Assembly: GCA_951406725.2 (NCBI GenBank)
Contig: OX597814.1
Span: 184,016,001 to 184,080,000, forward strand
DNA length: 64,000 nucleotides
From: Octopus vulgaris
Lineage: Eukaryota
Direction: 5' to 3'
This document shows, piece by piece, positions 11,653 through 26,049 of the stretch. The notes under the pieces were generated by a model. The model ran no database searches. It was not told the origin of the DNA and saw nothing but the letters and a program-made list of their open reading frames with translations. Within the stretch, counting starts at the first letter, position 1, and each line of letters opens with the position of its first letter. A program made the position numbers and the translations under genes.

Positions 11653-13173
11653 ATCATCTCTTCAATGAAGATATTCGCAGACAATATGTGTATATACATT
11701 CACATATCTGTTCTTTGTGAAAATTATATTAACATATGTAGACGCATTTGTGTATTCTGTCTGTGTTTTATATGCCTCTGCACTTTATAATGCAGCTCAT
11801 TGTTCTGTAGGTGTTGTTGGTCATGTCAGTTAGTGTATGTCAGCTATTATAAAATAATATTTATTGCATCTTTCTCACACATTCCTGTGTTGCATATCCC
11901 GAAGCTAACTCCGAGATGAAGAAATAGATAGAATTATGTAAAACTCAATGGAGAAGGGAAGTAAGAACCGGAGAATTAAACAGAAAAAAAGGACAGATAT
12001 ATACAAAAGTGCGTAAATTCGAGTGTATTTGTTGGTGGATGAGTGTATTAGGAAAGAAATATGAGATAGAAGATCGGCGAGAAAAAGAAAAGGGATGTCA
12101 CGCAATTGTAGGGAAAGTAAAAGGGAACCAGGAAAGAGAAGTGAGTACCAAAGGCATAGTGTGAGAGAGAAAAGAGAAACAGAGATGAATATATGGATAC
12201 GAAGAGAGGGAGAGAGAGAAAGGCAGATAGTAAAACGATTGACTTCACAACGCTTTCTGTATTGGAAAACCATCGAAAACCTCTTCTTTCTGTTTGTACT
12301 TTAAACACCGGTACGGAAGACTCGTCATTTCATTGATGTAACGTTTGTCGTTGCATTTTAACCCACAGTTAACCCAAACCAAGTTGATCAATGTTCAAAT
12401 GCTTTTATGCCAATATCATTCATCTTTCCCGTGATTAATGTGCACAATATGTTCATTTTAACGACTGCATTACCCAATCTTTTTGAAGACGGAAGAATAG
12501 GTTTGAGGATGATTTGTCTTCTATTTCTAGCAGGATAAGCAATTACATTAAGCAATTACATCGTTTGTTGGTTCACTCGTGGAGGAGGAACATTAGATTA
12601 GAGTAAACGGGAAGAGTAGGAACTAAATTTCTATCGTCTCCAGCTTTTAAAACTATATTAACAAGTGAAATATTTCAAGATAAGTACTAAATCCCGTTCG
12701 CATTTTCTGGTTGATTTAAATATGTAAACATAGATGTAATGGTGAGATAAGTGAAACTCGACTCAATAAAATGATAAACATGGTGTTGTTACTTAATTTT
12801 TAGTCTGCAAACGAAATCATTATTGTTAATCCAATCGTAGTAATATATCTAGATCATAGATGTGAAGAGTATCAAAACATCACGTTTTCTTTATTATACA
12901 TTGTACAAGATCGACTCCGTTCTTAGGTTGATTAACGGAGACATTTTCGTATCTTATGTATAAATGGTGTTGCTTTATCTTCTTGAACTTACTGCCGAAT
13001 GAAATCTTCTCACAGCAACTATTAATACGTAGCTGAACCGGACCAAAGAAGATATGTAAGTTATCGACCAACACAGCCTATCCCCACCCAAATGATACAA
13101 AGTATCTACAAGTGTCGATATGTATCGAGAATTTTGCGACTCTGTAAGATACCTGTAACGAAATTCTTACATT

Positions 13174-13174
<1 letters not shown>

Positions 13175-13268
<94 letters not shown>
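13175..13268. repeat. (TG)n microsatellite
   Basis: Direct inspection. Confidence 0.95.
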
Positions 13269-13407
13269 ATCTTCTTCCGTACAAGCTTGCTGAACATTAT
13301 TCATACTTACGATTCTCTCTCTCTGCTTACAGTAATGAACTATATTCATATAGTTATTCAAAGCAGTAATAGTAGTAGCGATGTGTTGAGAGGGATTCTT
13401 TGGGGGT

Positions 13408-13471
<64 letters not shown>

Positions 13472-13705
13472 CAGTAATAACTTCATACCTATGGGATCGT
13501 CAGATGTTGAAAATCATTTTGCTCACTGTGGTACTTCAGCTCAATAAGAGCAAATTTGTCGCAACAAATTTTATAACTGGACCTTGTACGCAGTGTGATA
13601 ATACATTATTTAGATTTTCTATCCTGTCCAAGTCGATATACTGAAACCATCGTCCATTTCAACGGTAGATAGTCTTCCCGATGATAATTCATAATTACTG
13701 AATTA

Positions 13706-13815
13706 CTCCGAGGCTATAGTAGAAGAAACTGGCGCAAAGTGCCACATAGTGGGACTGAACCCGGAACCATGTGGTTGGTAAGTAAGCTACTTACCACATA
13801 GCCACTCCTGCGCCT
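13706..13815 (-). mobile_element. SINE family B, 5' fragment
   Basis: Reverse complement of the family B head (CCACTCCTGCGCCT). Confidence 0.8.
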
Positions 13816-14199
13816 AATTGAAAATATATAAGTGAAATGCATGCAATTATACTATGTTGGAATACATTAACCAAGAATTGTCACACGGATCACAAAGCTA
13901 GAGTCCAAACGGATGATGACATAATCTTTCCTTATATCCTTTCACACCATACTCATAATTCCTATTAATAGTCGATAATTAATATCTACTATCACTTGGA
14001 TATATATTTCACTAATAGGCTTAAGTGGGATATTCAAGCCATTTATTTATTGAATATTTTAAAATGTTGCAGATGTATAATTTGGATAATTATTAGATTT
14101 CTGCTTCCCTCTTGTACACATACTCGTCAAAACTACACAGAAATCTTTAGTTTGCGTACAAGAATTTGATGATGTAATCTAATCTAATTGAGAGCTTAC

Positions 14200-14990
14200 T
14201 TGTGAATTAGTGATTCTAAGTGGATCTCTAACATAGGAGGTAAAGATATATTTGATTAACATAAGTAAATTAAAGCTCAAGGTTTCCAGCATGAAGGGCC
14301 AAAATTTAATAAATCCACAAAGTTTTAGTTTTGTCTTGTTTTTTCTAATTCTGCTCGAATTTCTCGCGTTGTCTTCTATTCTAATGTTGTTTCGCCCATT
14401 ATCCATCAATGTATAAGGTGAATTTGATACAAGTGCCATTGAATGCGATTTCGATGACAGTAGTAGATTCGTGCGAAGTCGGTTCTTCAATATTTTATTC
14501 CTGAACATCACCCTGTTCTCATATTACGCTCACGTATAACCAAATTAAAATTTCCTCCTACACCACGGAGAATTTCCTGCAACGACTGATCTGTTTTCAT
14601 CAGTGTAACCTAAATTCTTCCAGATCAAATCCTAAGAGCATAAATTGGATTTTCATCAACTGAAGCCGTTGCTCATTATATTACTAGCTAAAATTCGATG
14701 ATCTTGTGATTATGCATTGTACTCCTACAGAAATTAATCCTTCTCGATCATACATCAAATTTACTGTAAATTCTTTGTAATTAATCTTCAACCAGCAGTT
14801 CTATAACTTTCGTAACCAAAACATCAACTACATATCCATTTAAGATCAAGTTTGTGCAATCATTATCTGTAGGGTTCTTGCAAAGGTTCTTGCAAAGTTC
14901 ATTCAATTTCTCATAATTAATAATTGGACCTAGCTATTAGAATTGAAACAATATTTGTAGCATTTCCTTGTAAAAAAGTGCCCCTTATGA
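14200..14990 (-). pseudogene. Highly decayed CR1/L2-like RT fragment
   Basis: Faint motif remnants in the expected order on the minus strand (NFARTF resembling DFAKAF; RTNLL resembling RPNLEY). Confidence 0.3.
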
Positions 14991-14997
14991 TGACTGC

Positions 14998-15417
14998 ATT
15001 TATTTCTTTATTGCCCACAAGGGGCTAAACATAGAGGGAACAAACAAGGACAGACAAAGGGACTAAATCGATTTCATCGACCCAAGTGCGTAACTGGTAC
15101 TTAATTTATCGACTCCGAAAGGATGAAAGGCAAAGTCGACCTCGGCGGAATTTGAACTCAGAACGTAACGGCAGACGAAATACCTATTTCTTTACTACCC
15201 ACAAGGAGCTAAACACAGAGAGGACAAACAAGGACAGACAAACGGATTAAATCGATTACATCGACCCCAGTGCGTAACTGGTACTTAATTTATCGACCTC
15301 GAAAGGATGAAAAGCAAAGTCGACCTTGGCGGAATTTGAATTCAGAACGCAGCGGCTGACGAAATACGGCTACGCATTTCATCCGGCCTGCTAACGTTTC
15401 TGCCAGCTCGCCGCCTT
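14998..15417 (-). mobile_element. SINE family A, dimeric
   Basis: Two ~183-bp body units plus head (TGCCAGCTCGCCGCC). Confidence 0.9.
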
Positions 15418-15479
15418 CATTTTTTTAATGATGACTACATTGGCATATGTCATATGTTGTTTCATTTTTTTTTTGTTCT

Positions 15480-15830
15480 ATACTAATGTCCATTCTTTAC
15501 TTGGCAGTCGTATATCAAGGTGGTTGACTAAGTCGGCCAGCTCTTCTTTAATACCAGTCCATCAATATCGTCTGCATATCTTAAGTTTTTCATGTTGTTT
15601 CCTCCAGTGACGACACTGCTTCAAAATCATTGCTCATGCATCGCTCGAGGAAAATGTTGAAAAGAGTTGGGAATATGAGGCATCCTCGGCGGACTCATGT
15701 TTTGAAACCATCAATCATTTGTAGCTACTGCACTGGTGGATAGCCTCGGTCATGTTCTGCACCAACTTAAGTGTTTCCCTGTTGCTACGCGTAGACCATT
15801 ATGGTAGTGAAACAACTTCCTGAAATGTAT
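15480..15830 (-). pseudogene. RTE-like reverse transcriptase fragment
   Basis: Minus translation VRRGCLIFPTLFNIFLE ... NLRYADDIDG (RT motifs B and C). Confidence 0.8.
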
Positions 15831-16858
15831 GAAGACATGTTGTAATTCTGCTTGAACCTAAAGTCATTACTCATAGAGGAAGCAAAAGTAGATCTGCTCT
15901 GTAATACTTATAACTTTGCGCAAGTTCTAAAGCTTTCACTAAGGTTTCTGTCCATTCAGAATGACTCTGATCATCGTCATGCAAACATTGTTTATTTGGA
16001 TAACTGTAGGATAACTCTGGCTCAGCTGGAGACTGGGGCCAACAAAAGCTACATTCAAAGATTGTTTGAACCTCCAAGATAACTTATTACCGTATTGCTG
16101 CAGAAAAGATCACATGAGACAGTTAAAAGATGCAGAAGCAGTTACGGTCTTTATATGTACTATCATAGGCTGAGAGTCAGTAGAGTGAAACCCATCTAAA
16201 TATCTGACTCACAAAGGAAAACCAGATCATCCTTCAATTTTATCACAAACCTGAACAAAAAGACGAACCTCTCTCAAGCTGCTATCATAAAAAGATCTTT
16301 TTTCATCAACCACAATGCAGACCCACCAGAACGTATGACGAAAATAATAGACGTCACGAACAATACAGCAAGCCATGTGACGAATTTTGTCTCTAACGAC
16401 GTTACCTTTTGCATGAGCAACTATGCAATTAAATATTTAGCTGACGAACATGCTGCTATCAGCCTAATATAATAAATGTTTAACGCAGAATCATATTGCT
16501 GATATCAAAAAGGACGGATATCAATGACCGCTCCTTAAAATCATTTGACAATCACCTAACCATGCACATGCCCAATGAAAGGGTGCTTAACATATTTACA
16601 TACACTGGCTATTGCTCCATTTCTGTTATGTGAAAGTCGCCGATGATTGAGGTAGAGTAACTTTAACCCTACGTAATATCACTTAGATACAAGGAAATAA
16701 TCTGTTATGCTTTAAAAAAAAATCAACTGTGTTCATGTGTGCATATGTATGTGTACGTGTGTGTGTGCTCGGGTGTGTGAAGTGTATGTGCGTGCGTATT
16801 CACGCCATGTCTATAGATGAAGTTCACATATTCAGAAGTATAATGTATCTACAAAGTC

Positions 16859-16891
<33 letters not shown>

Positions 16892-17018
16892 TTCATTTTA
16901 TATAAATTTATATAAATAATGATAAGATCGTTATTTAAAATACCGATGTCATCAGGTGGCCTGCATGGGAATAAAAACATCAAAGGTAATAATTATTATT
17001 AAAATTATAATTAAATAC

Positions 17019-17226
17019 ATCTAAGAGATACCACCATGCTAGATATAGCAGCCAAAACCTGACTCTAAAACCACATTAAATGTTCATACAGCACCAGGAG
17101 AGAAGACAAAGAGACAAAATAAACTAGCAAATAAACTGTTTTCCCACCTGGTGCTGTATGAACATTTAATATGGTTTTAGAGTCAAGTTTTGGCTGCTAT
17201 ATCTAGCATGGTGTTATCTCTTAGAT
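17019..17226. repeat. Inverted repeat with 80-bp arms and a 48-bp spacer, between (TA)n tracts
   Basis: 17019-17098 is the near-perfect reverse complement of 17147-17226. Confidence 0.9.
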
Positions 17227-17516
17227 ACCATAAATTATAATTATATATATATATATATATATATATTCCTCCAGAAACGTATGTGGATAGATATCTATTT
17301 ACACCCACGATATATTTATAGTTACACGTGTGAATGTTGACATACAATATCCTCTTTGGTCTTTACTATTAATAAAATCTGTAATAAAATAAAATCCGAT
17401 AGATGGGATTTACACCCTGTTTAGACAAGTTATATATGTATGTATGTATATGTATATATGTATATATATATATATATATATATGCATATTATATATGTGT
17501 GTGTATATACATATAT

Positions 17517-17558
<42 letters not shown>

Positions 17559-19195
17559 GTATGTTTGCATGTGTATGTAGATATGATTATGTAGAAATAT
17601 GTGTTTGTGTATGTATATGTATACGATAATTAAACAATATATTTCAAGAACTATGTGAACACAGCCAAATCGAATGTCTTTTCCAATAAAAAGAAGATAA
17701 ATCATGACAGTCAGTATGATATTACAGCAGGTGTTCTGTTTGATAAAACACTGACATACCGATGGATAAAGATATTTATCAAGCTACAAGAAGATTATTG
17801 AGGTTTAAATACAGTGTGGGGGTTCATGAACTTAAATTATGACTCCTGTTCTGGTTGTAAATAAGAAAGAATTGAACTGATTAGGTCACTACTATAGAGG
17901 CCACAATGGAAGTATCAGTAAATACGTTAAGCCAAACTTCAACTGGTGTACTATATGATTCACATGACTGAAACTTGTTTGAGAATTGCGTGCTTTTGTG
18001 GGCATGTGTATCTATACGTGTGTGTATGTGTATTTATATGTCTGTGGTATCTACGATAGTTTTGAAAACATAATATAGTTTTGCATTCAACATCACAACT
18101 GTCAGAATCCGATCGATATGAAAAATAGTCTGTTCTTTTTATATTTATTCTTAATCTATAAGTAGTGCTGTCGATTTGAAATTCTTCTGGGTTGTTTGAT
18201 ATACCTCTAATAATTACTATGCCTCGCCAATTAATTTTTTTTCTAATATTCCTCTCCACGAGTTAAATTGTGGACCTACGAGTTAATGTAGACCTACTTC
18301 GAGACAGTGAGGAGTTACATACAGAGTAATGTGTCCTTGACATACTAGTGTTAGGAAATGGGTGAATATGAGTGTGTGTATATGTATATATCTATTCAGA
18401 TTGTACGACTTATTATTTACCATCTTTTGAAGTTGTATTTGCGTGTTACCCTCTTCTTTTAAACCGATGTTCCAAATTTTTTATCCGTTAATGAAAAGCA
18501 TAACATTTTCTATTACTAATTAGCGAATGTATTCTAAAGCAGCTGATGTCGTCCTACCTTAAGAGAGCGATGAGCCAGGTCTGAATGTTGTGCAGCAAGT
18601 TCATTCTTTGCAGGATCTATCAACCGCATTTCGATGTTTACAAGAATATTTATATCTGTATTGTTCAATATCTCCAAGGACCAGAATTGATGCCTGCTTA
18701 TCCAGTTCGACATTCTACACGTCAATTTCCAAAATCCTTAGAATTCAGAAAGAAATACAATACCATAAAGAAAAAAATATCAAATAATATATGGAAATAA
18801 GTGTCTGTTTCAAAAATAGTTCTAAATGGGTGAGAAACTAAGAAGAATCATTTTACATCGTCATGGGAAGGTAAAACAGTGGAGAAGAATTTATCATATA
18901 CTCTATGTAAACGAAAAACAAATACAGGAATCTCGGCATAGAAGACTTTGAGGCATCATTAAGCACAACTGGCTGTACGTTAGACAAGTTTAGAAATGTC
19001 TTTGTCAAAATTGTCGTCACTGTAAAAAAAAAAACATAATTAGCGCATTTTATTTTAGAAACAAAACCAACAATTCTGAAAGGAGAAAATAAGGAAATAT
19101 CATCGTCCCCAGTTCTTGACTGGTACTTTCCCCTTATCAAACCCTGCGGGTGGGAAGTTGTTTTCAGTGGAATTTCGACTCAGAATGTACAGAGT

Positions 19196-19348
19196 AGGCA
19201 CAGGAGTGGCTGTGTGGTACCTTGGGTGTCTTCTACTATAGCCTCGGGCCGACCAAAACCTTGTGAGTGGATTTTGTAGACGGAAACTGAAAGAAGCCCG
19301 TCATATATATATATATAAGAAGCCCGTCGTATATATATACATATATAT

Positions 19349-19385
<37 letters not shown>

Positions 19386-19595
19386 TGTGTCTGTGTTTGT
19401 TCCCGCAGCATCGCTTGACAACCGATGCTGGTGTGTTTACATCCTCTTAATCTAGCGGTTCAGCAAAAGAGACCAATAGAATAAGCACTAGGCTTACAAA
19501 GAATAAGTCCTGGGGTCGATTTGCTCGACTAAAGGCGTTACTCCAGCATGGCCGATGTCAAATGACTGAAACAAGTAAAAGAGCAAAAGAGTAAG
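19196..19595 (+). mobile_element. SINE family B with a deletion in the head
   Basis: Match to family B with internal (TA)/(TG). Confidence 0.85.
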
Positions 19596-20074
19596 AATAA
19601 TTATTGGACGGCATTAATTCCAAGGTTCTAATCATTCTTTTCTATATTTATTAGACTTTATGGTTTTGAAAAAATCTGAACGAGAATCTAGCGTACATAA
19701 AGACTGTAACGCCTACTAAATATAGTTTTTAGATAAATAATACAGTGATACAAAATATTTAATATCTCTTCATGTGCAGTAACTTTTAAAAAAGATGCTA
19801 TTATTTAGAACTACGTATTTGTAAGAAGCGAGCTTACAAAATAATATTGGCTTTAATTTGACAAATGGACAGAGAAACAAACACATGAAAAGAACACTAT
19901 CTGTTTTAATAATAAGTACAGTAATGTTTGCATACTGAATATGATTTCCTTTGTTCAAACTAGAAGTTCGAAATATAATACTGTCTGTATGGTTGCATGT
20001 GTGTGTGCGTGTGTATGTGTGTGTGTGAGTGTATGTTTGTGTTTGTACGGCATTAGATCTCTGAGTATCAATAT

Positions 20075-20320
<246 letters not shown>

Positions 20321-20847
20321 GAATAAGAATAAAAATCTATTCTATTGTTATTTAATTTCGTTTCGTCTTTCATCACCGGGAAATTTCAATTCACAACTAA
20401 TCATAATTTGTAAGAAACAAATGAGGGCTGCGGGGGAAAAATATATATAGTTCTCTTCACCTCCTTTATTCAACACCTATCAGTAAATCAAATCCACCCC
20501 CGTCAGCGTTGTTGTTGAATTTTGTTGAATTACAAAGTTGTTGAATCACAATAGCTCTTGACCTTGAGAAATTTTGGCAAAAGTTTCCTTCCTCAAGAGA
20601 CTTTCAAAGCACTTGGCAATATCTTGCTGAAATATTAAAAGCTTGGCAGTACATCATATTCATCGCGGTGGGGGTAGGACTGGAAATTGATTCAATTTTC
20701 TATTCCAAGAGAATCAGGTCGACCTAAAATGTTAATAATGCTTGTTGTAACAGAATTTCTACTTTGCCAGGCCGGCAAATTAATGCAGTATTTCGACGAT
20801 ATCGTAGTATTATGATAATGCTAGAAATAGTAATATTAATCGTACTG

Positions 20848-20879
<32 letters not shown>

Positions 20880-21023
20880 TGTAGTGGTAATAGTAGAGTT
20901 CATTTTAGTTGTGGAAGTAATTAGTACTCGTAGGAGAAGAAGTAGCAGATATCAAACAAGCCATTACTATTACTTGTAGTACTACTGCTGCTGCTACACC
21001 TGTTACTACTGCTGCTATTGCTG

Positions 21024-21075
<52 letters not shown>

Positions 21076-21134
21076 AATTACTACTACTACTAGTAATAAT
21101 AATAATAGTAATGATGATGATAATGATTTAAAAT

Positions 21135-21312
21135 TTTGCCACAATGTCAGCCAATTTGTGGTAGGGGATGTGTCGATTATATCGACCTCAGTGCTCAGCT
21201 GGTACTTAATTTATCGACTCCGAAAGGATGAAAGGCAAAGTCGACCTCGGCAGAATTTGAACTAAGAATGTAGCGACGGGTGAAACAGCGCTAAGCATCT
21301 AACCCGGCGTGC
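21135..21312 (-). mobile_element. SINE family A variant, truncated at the adjacent 540-bp repeat
   Basis: GGTACTTAATTTATCGACTCCGAAAGGATGAAAGGCAAAGTCGACCTCGGC. Confidence 0.8.
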
Positions 21313-21850
21313 CAGGCAGTAGCTCTCATGTCTCCTGATCTTAACTGATGGAAGTCTTATCAGGTACAGTGTTTTGTCTTGGTATAAAAGATGGACAACA
21401 GCAAATATTCTGTTCAATGCCACAGATTTGCTTGTCAGTAGTTTGACCTTAATCAGCTGAGCATGTCCCTTAGTGGTTACTGATATGTGCATCTCTGATC
21501 ATGAGCAGAAGGAATGGGGGAGCATCACTGCCATGTGTTGAGAAGAATTCTTTGGATTTTGAATAATTCACCTCTAGAAACATGGGTGTTTCGTTCAACA
21601 TCCTTAAACAATCCTTATTCAGGGACATTTTGAGCGGGATGGGATACTCATCCTGATGAAAATTGTAACTGGGCCCCACATGCAAGGTCATTCGCTGTTT
21701 ATCTTTATATGAGGTCACCATGTCGCGCACATATGGTTGTGATGCATGTGCCTGGTGTAGCCTTATCGGATGTGTAGTCATGATGGGTATACTGGGCTTC
21801 GTATATTTCACTCCAGAGTTACTTTGATGGTATGCAGGTATGTCTCACTC
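21312..21850. mobile_element. ~540-bp interspersed repeat ending in (AAT)n, copy 1
   Basis: Colinear high similarity to 23991-24546. Confidence 0.85.
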
Positions 21851-21984
<134 letters not shown>

Positions 21985-22189
21985 CAAATTTTGGCACTAT
22001 GCAAGCAATTTCGGGTGAGTGGTTAAGTCGATTTTATTGACCTAGTGTTCAACTGGTACTTATCTTATCGACCCCGAAATCATTGAAGGCAAAGTTGTAT
22101 TCGGCGGGAGTTGAACTTAGAAAGTCAACCTACGGAACCTGTATCGTATGATATTTTCTCTGACACTCAAATTTCAAAGAAATGATAAC

Positions 22190-22683
22190 GCTAAATATAA
22201 GTAGTGTGTCAAACGCTTCAAATGATGTCGCCGAAATCAAAGAATACTTGAAACAAAAGTACGTCGCTAAACCACAAAGAATCGGTCGTTATAAAAGGTG
22301 GATATAATTCTTTGAATTGCAGCCCCCAAGGATTTTATGAAGAATTAAGTATAATCGGAGCAAATCAATGCAGAACAAACAGTAACAGAAATGGAATAAT
22401 TCTTGTTGGGGAAGCATGGACAGCAAAGAAGATTGATTGTTCAAAACAACTAGCAGAGCGTCTGAAAAAGTTAGCAGAGGCATAACAACAAATAAAGTAG
22501 TCCAGATACAGCAAAAGATAAAAGAAGACTAAGTAACATCACGCCATTATGAGTTTAAATTTCCTTGGTTAAAAGAATTTAACAGGGCAGTGTTGCTTAA
22601 TAACATGCGGACGGAGTTGGAAACAATACTTGTATCTCTCAAAAGAAAAACAAAAATCAATCCCCATAAAAAATTATTCGTGC

Positions 22684-22685
<2 letters not shown>
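22190..22685 (+). pseudogene. R4/Dong-like ORF fragment (region N-terminal to RT)
   Basis: EYLKQKYVAKPQRIGRYKR resembles the LKQ..AK.QR..RY motif of R4-clade ORFs; followed by (AAT)n. Confidence 0.45.
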
Positions 22686-22763
<78 letters not shown>

Positions 22764-22875
22764 TTGAGTTTGGTTTAATGGCCTACCAATGTATACTATG
22801 AGTTTCTTTGCCCTAGGAGTCGGGAAGACACTCGGCAAGAAATGGAAGCAAATTTGAAAGAAGAAAAAAAAAGTA
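22764..22875 (+). mobile_element. Short retroelement 3' end embedded in (AAT)n; duplicated at 25155
   Basis: ATTGAGTTTGGTT..CCCTAGGAGTCGGGAAGACACTCGGCAAGAAATGGAAGCAAATTTGAAAG then (AAT)n at both loci. Confidence 0.75.
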
Positions 22876-23805
22876 ATAATAATAATAATAATAATAATAA
22901 TGATAATAATAGTAATAATAATAATAATGATAATAATAATAATAATACAAGGAATAGTTGAAGAGTTAAAATGTTTAGATACTAGTCATCATATCATACT
23001 TCCTGTTTCCCTGGGCTTTGGGGCGGAAAACCTTATTGTACGTTTATTTCAATTTATGAAGATGTCAAAAAATAATCAACAGATCAACCGATATATATTC
23101 ATCAGAACTCTCGACCTGTTTTGCCATTGTATATGGACTATACATTTTTGTGTAATAGCTCGTGGAAGCATCATCCTAATGTACAGTAAATACATCAATT
23201 ACAAGGAGTCCATCGCTCAGTGGTCATGTTCGACCAAAGGAAATTCCTCGCACTAAACATTGTCTATTATTCTCTTACGACAAGCCTAGCTATTTTCTAA
23301 TACATCAGCAATGGCTTTAGAATATTGTTGACCCAAAGATCAACAAAACCCGAACTATTTTTTCTTCGTTATTCCAGAAATGCATGGTTTCGTTGTACAG
23401 TGACACTAAACATTGTTTATGTAGACAGTTTTGACTTGTTAGAGATTCCTATCTACTTTATACATACATGCCAGTTATATATTATTAGTCGCGTAGCATC
23501 AGTTTTTTTCTTGTAAGAACAGCAATCAAGTAACATATTGCTTTTTCTTTCTTTTTTGGCGTTGTGTTTCAGAGACGTTGTTCTGCAATTCTTCGTTCAC
23601 TTTTGTGTTTCTCATTCCCTTCCTCCTTCAGCCGTATCGTTTGATTTACAAGAACTGAGGTCAATAATTCAGATTACTCTGGGAACATGATAGTTACCTT
23701 ATAATTCTTTGCAAGGAACACGGTAGGAAAAAAAATTAAGGCTGATAACGAAAGTAAAAACAAAAACATCTTACTCCTTTACTTACTGCTACTTCTGCTA
23801 CTGTC

Positions 23806-23855
<50 letters not shown>

Positions 23856-23860
23856 TAAAA

Positions 23861-23892
<32 letters not shown>

Positions 23893-23990
23893 AATAATAA
23901 TAATAATAATAAAAATGATGATGATGATGATGATGATGATAATAATAATAATAACAACAACAACAATAATAATAATAATAATAATAATAA

Positions 23991-24546
23991 ATGCCCTGAT
24001 GCAGTACCAGGCAGTGGCTCTCGTGGCTTCTGATCTTAACTGATTGGAAGTGTTATCATGTACATTGTTTTGTCTTGGTATAAAAGATGGGCTACAGCAA
24101 ATATTCTGCTCAATACCACAGATTTGCTTGTCAGTTGTTTGACCTTAACCAGTTGAGCATGTCCCTTAGTGGCTGACAATATGTGCATCTCTGATCACGA
24201 GCAGAAGTAGTGGGGGAGCATCATAGCCATGTGTTGAGAGGGATTCTTTGCGGTTTGAATAATTCACCTCTGGAAACATGGGTGGTTCTTTCAACATCCT
24301 TAAACAACCCTTATTCAGGGACCTTTTGAGCGGGATGGGTTACTCAACCTGAAGAAAATTCTAACTGGGCCCCACCTGCAAGGTCATGTGCTGTTTATCT
24401 TGATATGAGATCACCATGTCGCGCACATATGGTTGTGATGCATGTGCCTAGTGTACCCTTATCAGACGGGTAGTCATGATGGGTATATTGGGCTTCGTAT
24501 ATTTTACCCCAGTGTCACTTTGATGGCATGCACTGCTCTCTCACTC
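23991..24546. mobile_element. ~550-bp interspersed repeat inserted in (AAT)n, copy 2
   Basis: Flanked by (AAT)n on both sides; homologous to 21312-21850. Confidence 0.85.
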
Positions 24547-24648
<102 letters not shown>

Positions 24649-24683
24649 AAGAAGAAGAAGAAGAAGAAGAAGAAGAAGAAGAA

Positions 24684-25010
24684 ATGGAGAAACTTTCAAA
24701 ATACAAAGACCTGGAAATAGAGGTAACTAGAATGTGGAATCTAAAAACAGAAGCAATTCCTATCATAGTAGGTGCATTAGGTATGATAAAAACATATTCA
24801 GACAAATACATAATAAAAACACCAGGACTTACAAACACATATAACATACAGAAAATTGCACTACTAGGCACTGCACACATCCTACGCAGAACACTTTCAA
24901 TACAGGAACCATCAGAGCATCACAACAAATCACAGCACATACATATCCAAGGCACAGAGAGCTGCGCTCGGTAGTGAAGTGAAAGCACGCTATAAAAATA
25001 TAACTACTGA
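24684..25010 (+). pseudogene. R4/Dong LINE 3' end (RLE C-terminus plus 3' UTR) in a microsatellite
   Basis: EKLSKYKDLEIEVTRMWNLKTEAIPIIVGALG...IQKIALLGTAHILRRTL; flanked by (AAG)n and (AAT)n. Confidence 0.9.
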
Positions 25011-25031
25011 ATAATAATAATAATAATAATG

Positions 25032-25111
<80 letters not shown>

Positions 25112-25154
25112 TAATTTTAATTTTAATTTAACTTAAAAAAAAAAATGAACGAAC

Positions 25155-25261
25155 TATTGAGTTTGGTTAATGGCCTACCAATGTATACTATGAGTTTCTT
25201 TGCCCTAGGAGTCGGGAAGACACTCGGCAAGAAATGGAAGCAAATTTGAAAGAAGAAAAAA

Positions 25262-25265
<4 letters not shown>
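25155..25265 (+). mobile_element. Second copy of the 22764-22875 element end
   Basis: Near-identical sequence followed by (AAT)n. Confidence 0.75.
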
Positions 25266-25313
<48 letters not shown>

Positions 25314-26049
25314 TAATAATAATAGTAGTAATAATAATGATAATAATAATAATAATAATAGTAGTAATAATAATAATAATAATAATAATGATATGTGCAA
25401 AATAAAACAAGAAGAGAAAATTAGAAAGAAAAACACTAACTCTACCCATTAAATCTAACATGACCTCTGATGTTATTAAAACAAAAGAAATAGCTTAATA
25501 AAAATAGCTTAATAGAAATAGCTTAATAAAACAAAAGAAATAGCTTAATTCCTTCTTTTGCTTGTGACATGCTCAATCGTTCCTATAATGTTACCTTTTA
25601 ACATTTCTAACGGGGTTAAAAGATCCGAAAGAGATACTATAATTTTCCATTGGCGGCAGCGGGTTTTGAATCTTAATAATAATGGCAGATTCTTAAAAAA
25701 CTTATGATCATCATCCCGATTAGTTCGAGTGTCCAGCACCATTACCGCTATCGCTATTGTGGGGATCGCCATCTTTTTTTCCACGGCATCAGTCTCACCT
25801 CGTGACAAAGTACTTGTTTTACGATTGGACCGCTTTTCCTTTTCTGATCGCTCGACCCGAGTCCATCAAGAGATAAACACCATCATCATCGTCATCATCA
25901 TTGTCGTCGTCATCGTCACCATCCTCCTCCTCCTCCTCATCATCATCATCATCATCACCACCACCATCCTCATCATCACCCTCATCATCATTTTTTCAAC
26001 TCAAAGTTTGCTGTGGTGGTAGTGGAAGTGTTCCTCGTTTTGATGGAAG

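Noticed and set aside
18430-19020. RT fragment (DLSTAF)
   Set aside because: Only one weak motif; cannot be supported without a search
25545-26022. Overlapping ORFs as a host exon
   Set aside because: No recognisable domain or clear splice pair; runs into a (CAT)n repeat
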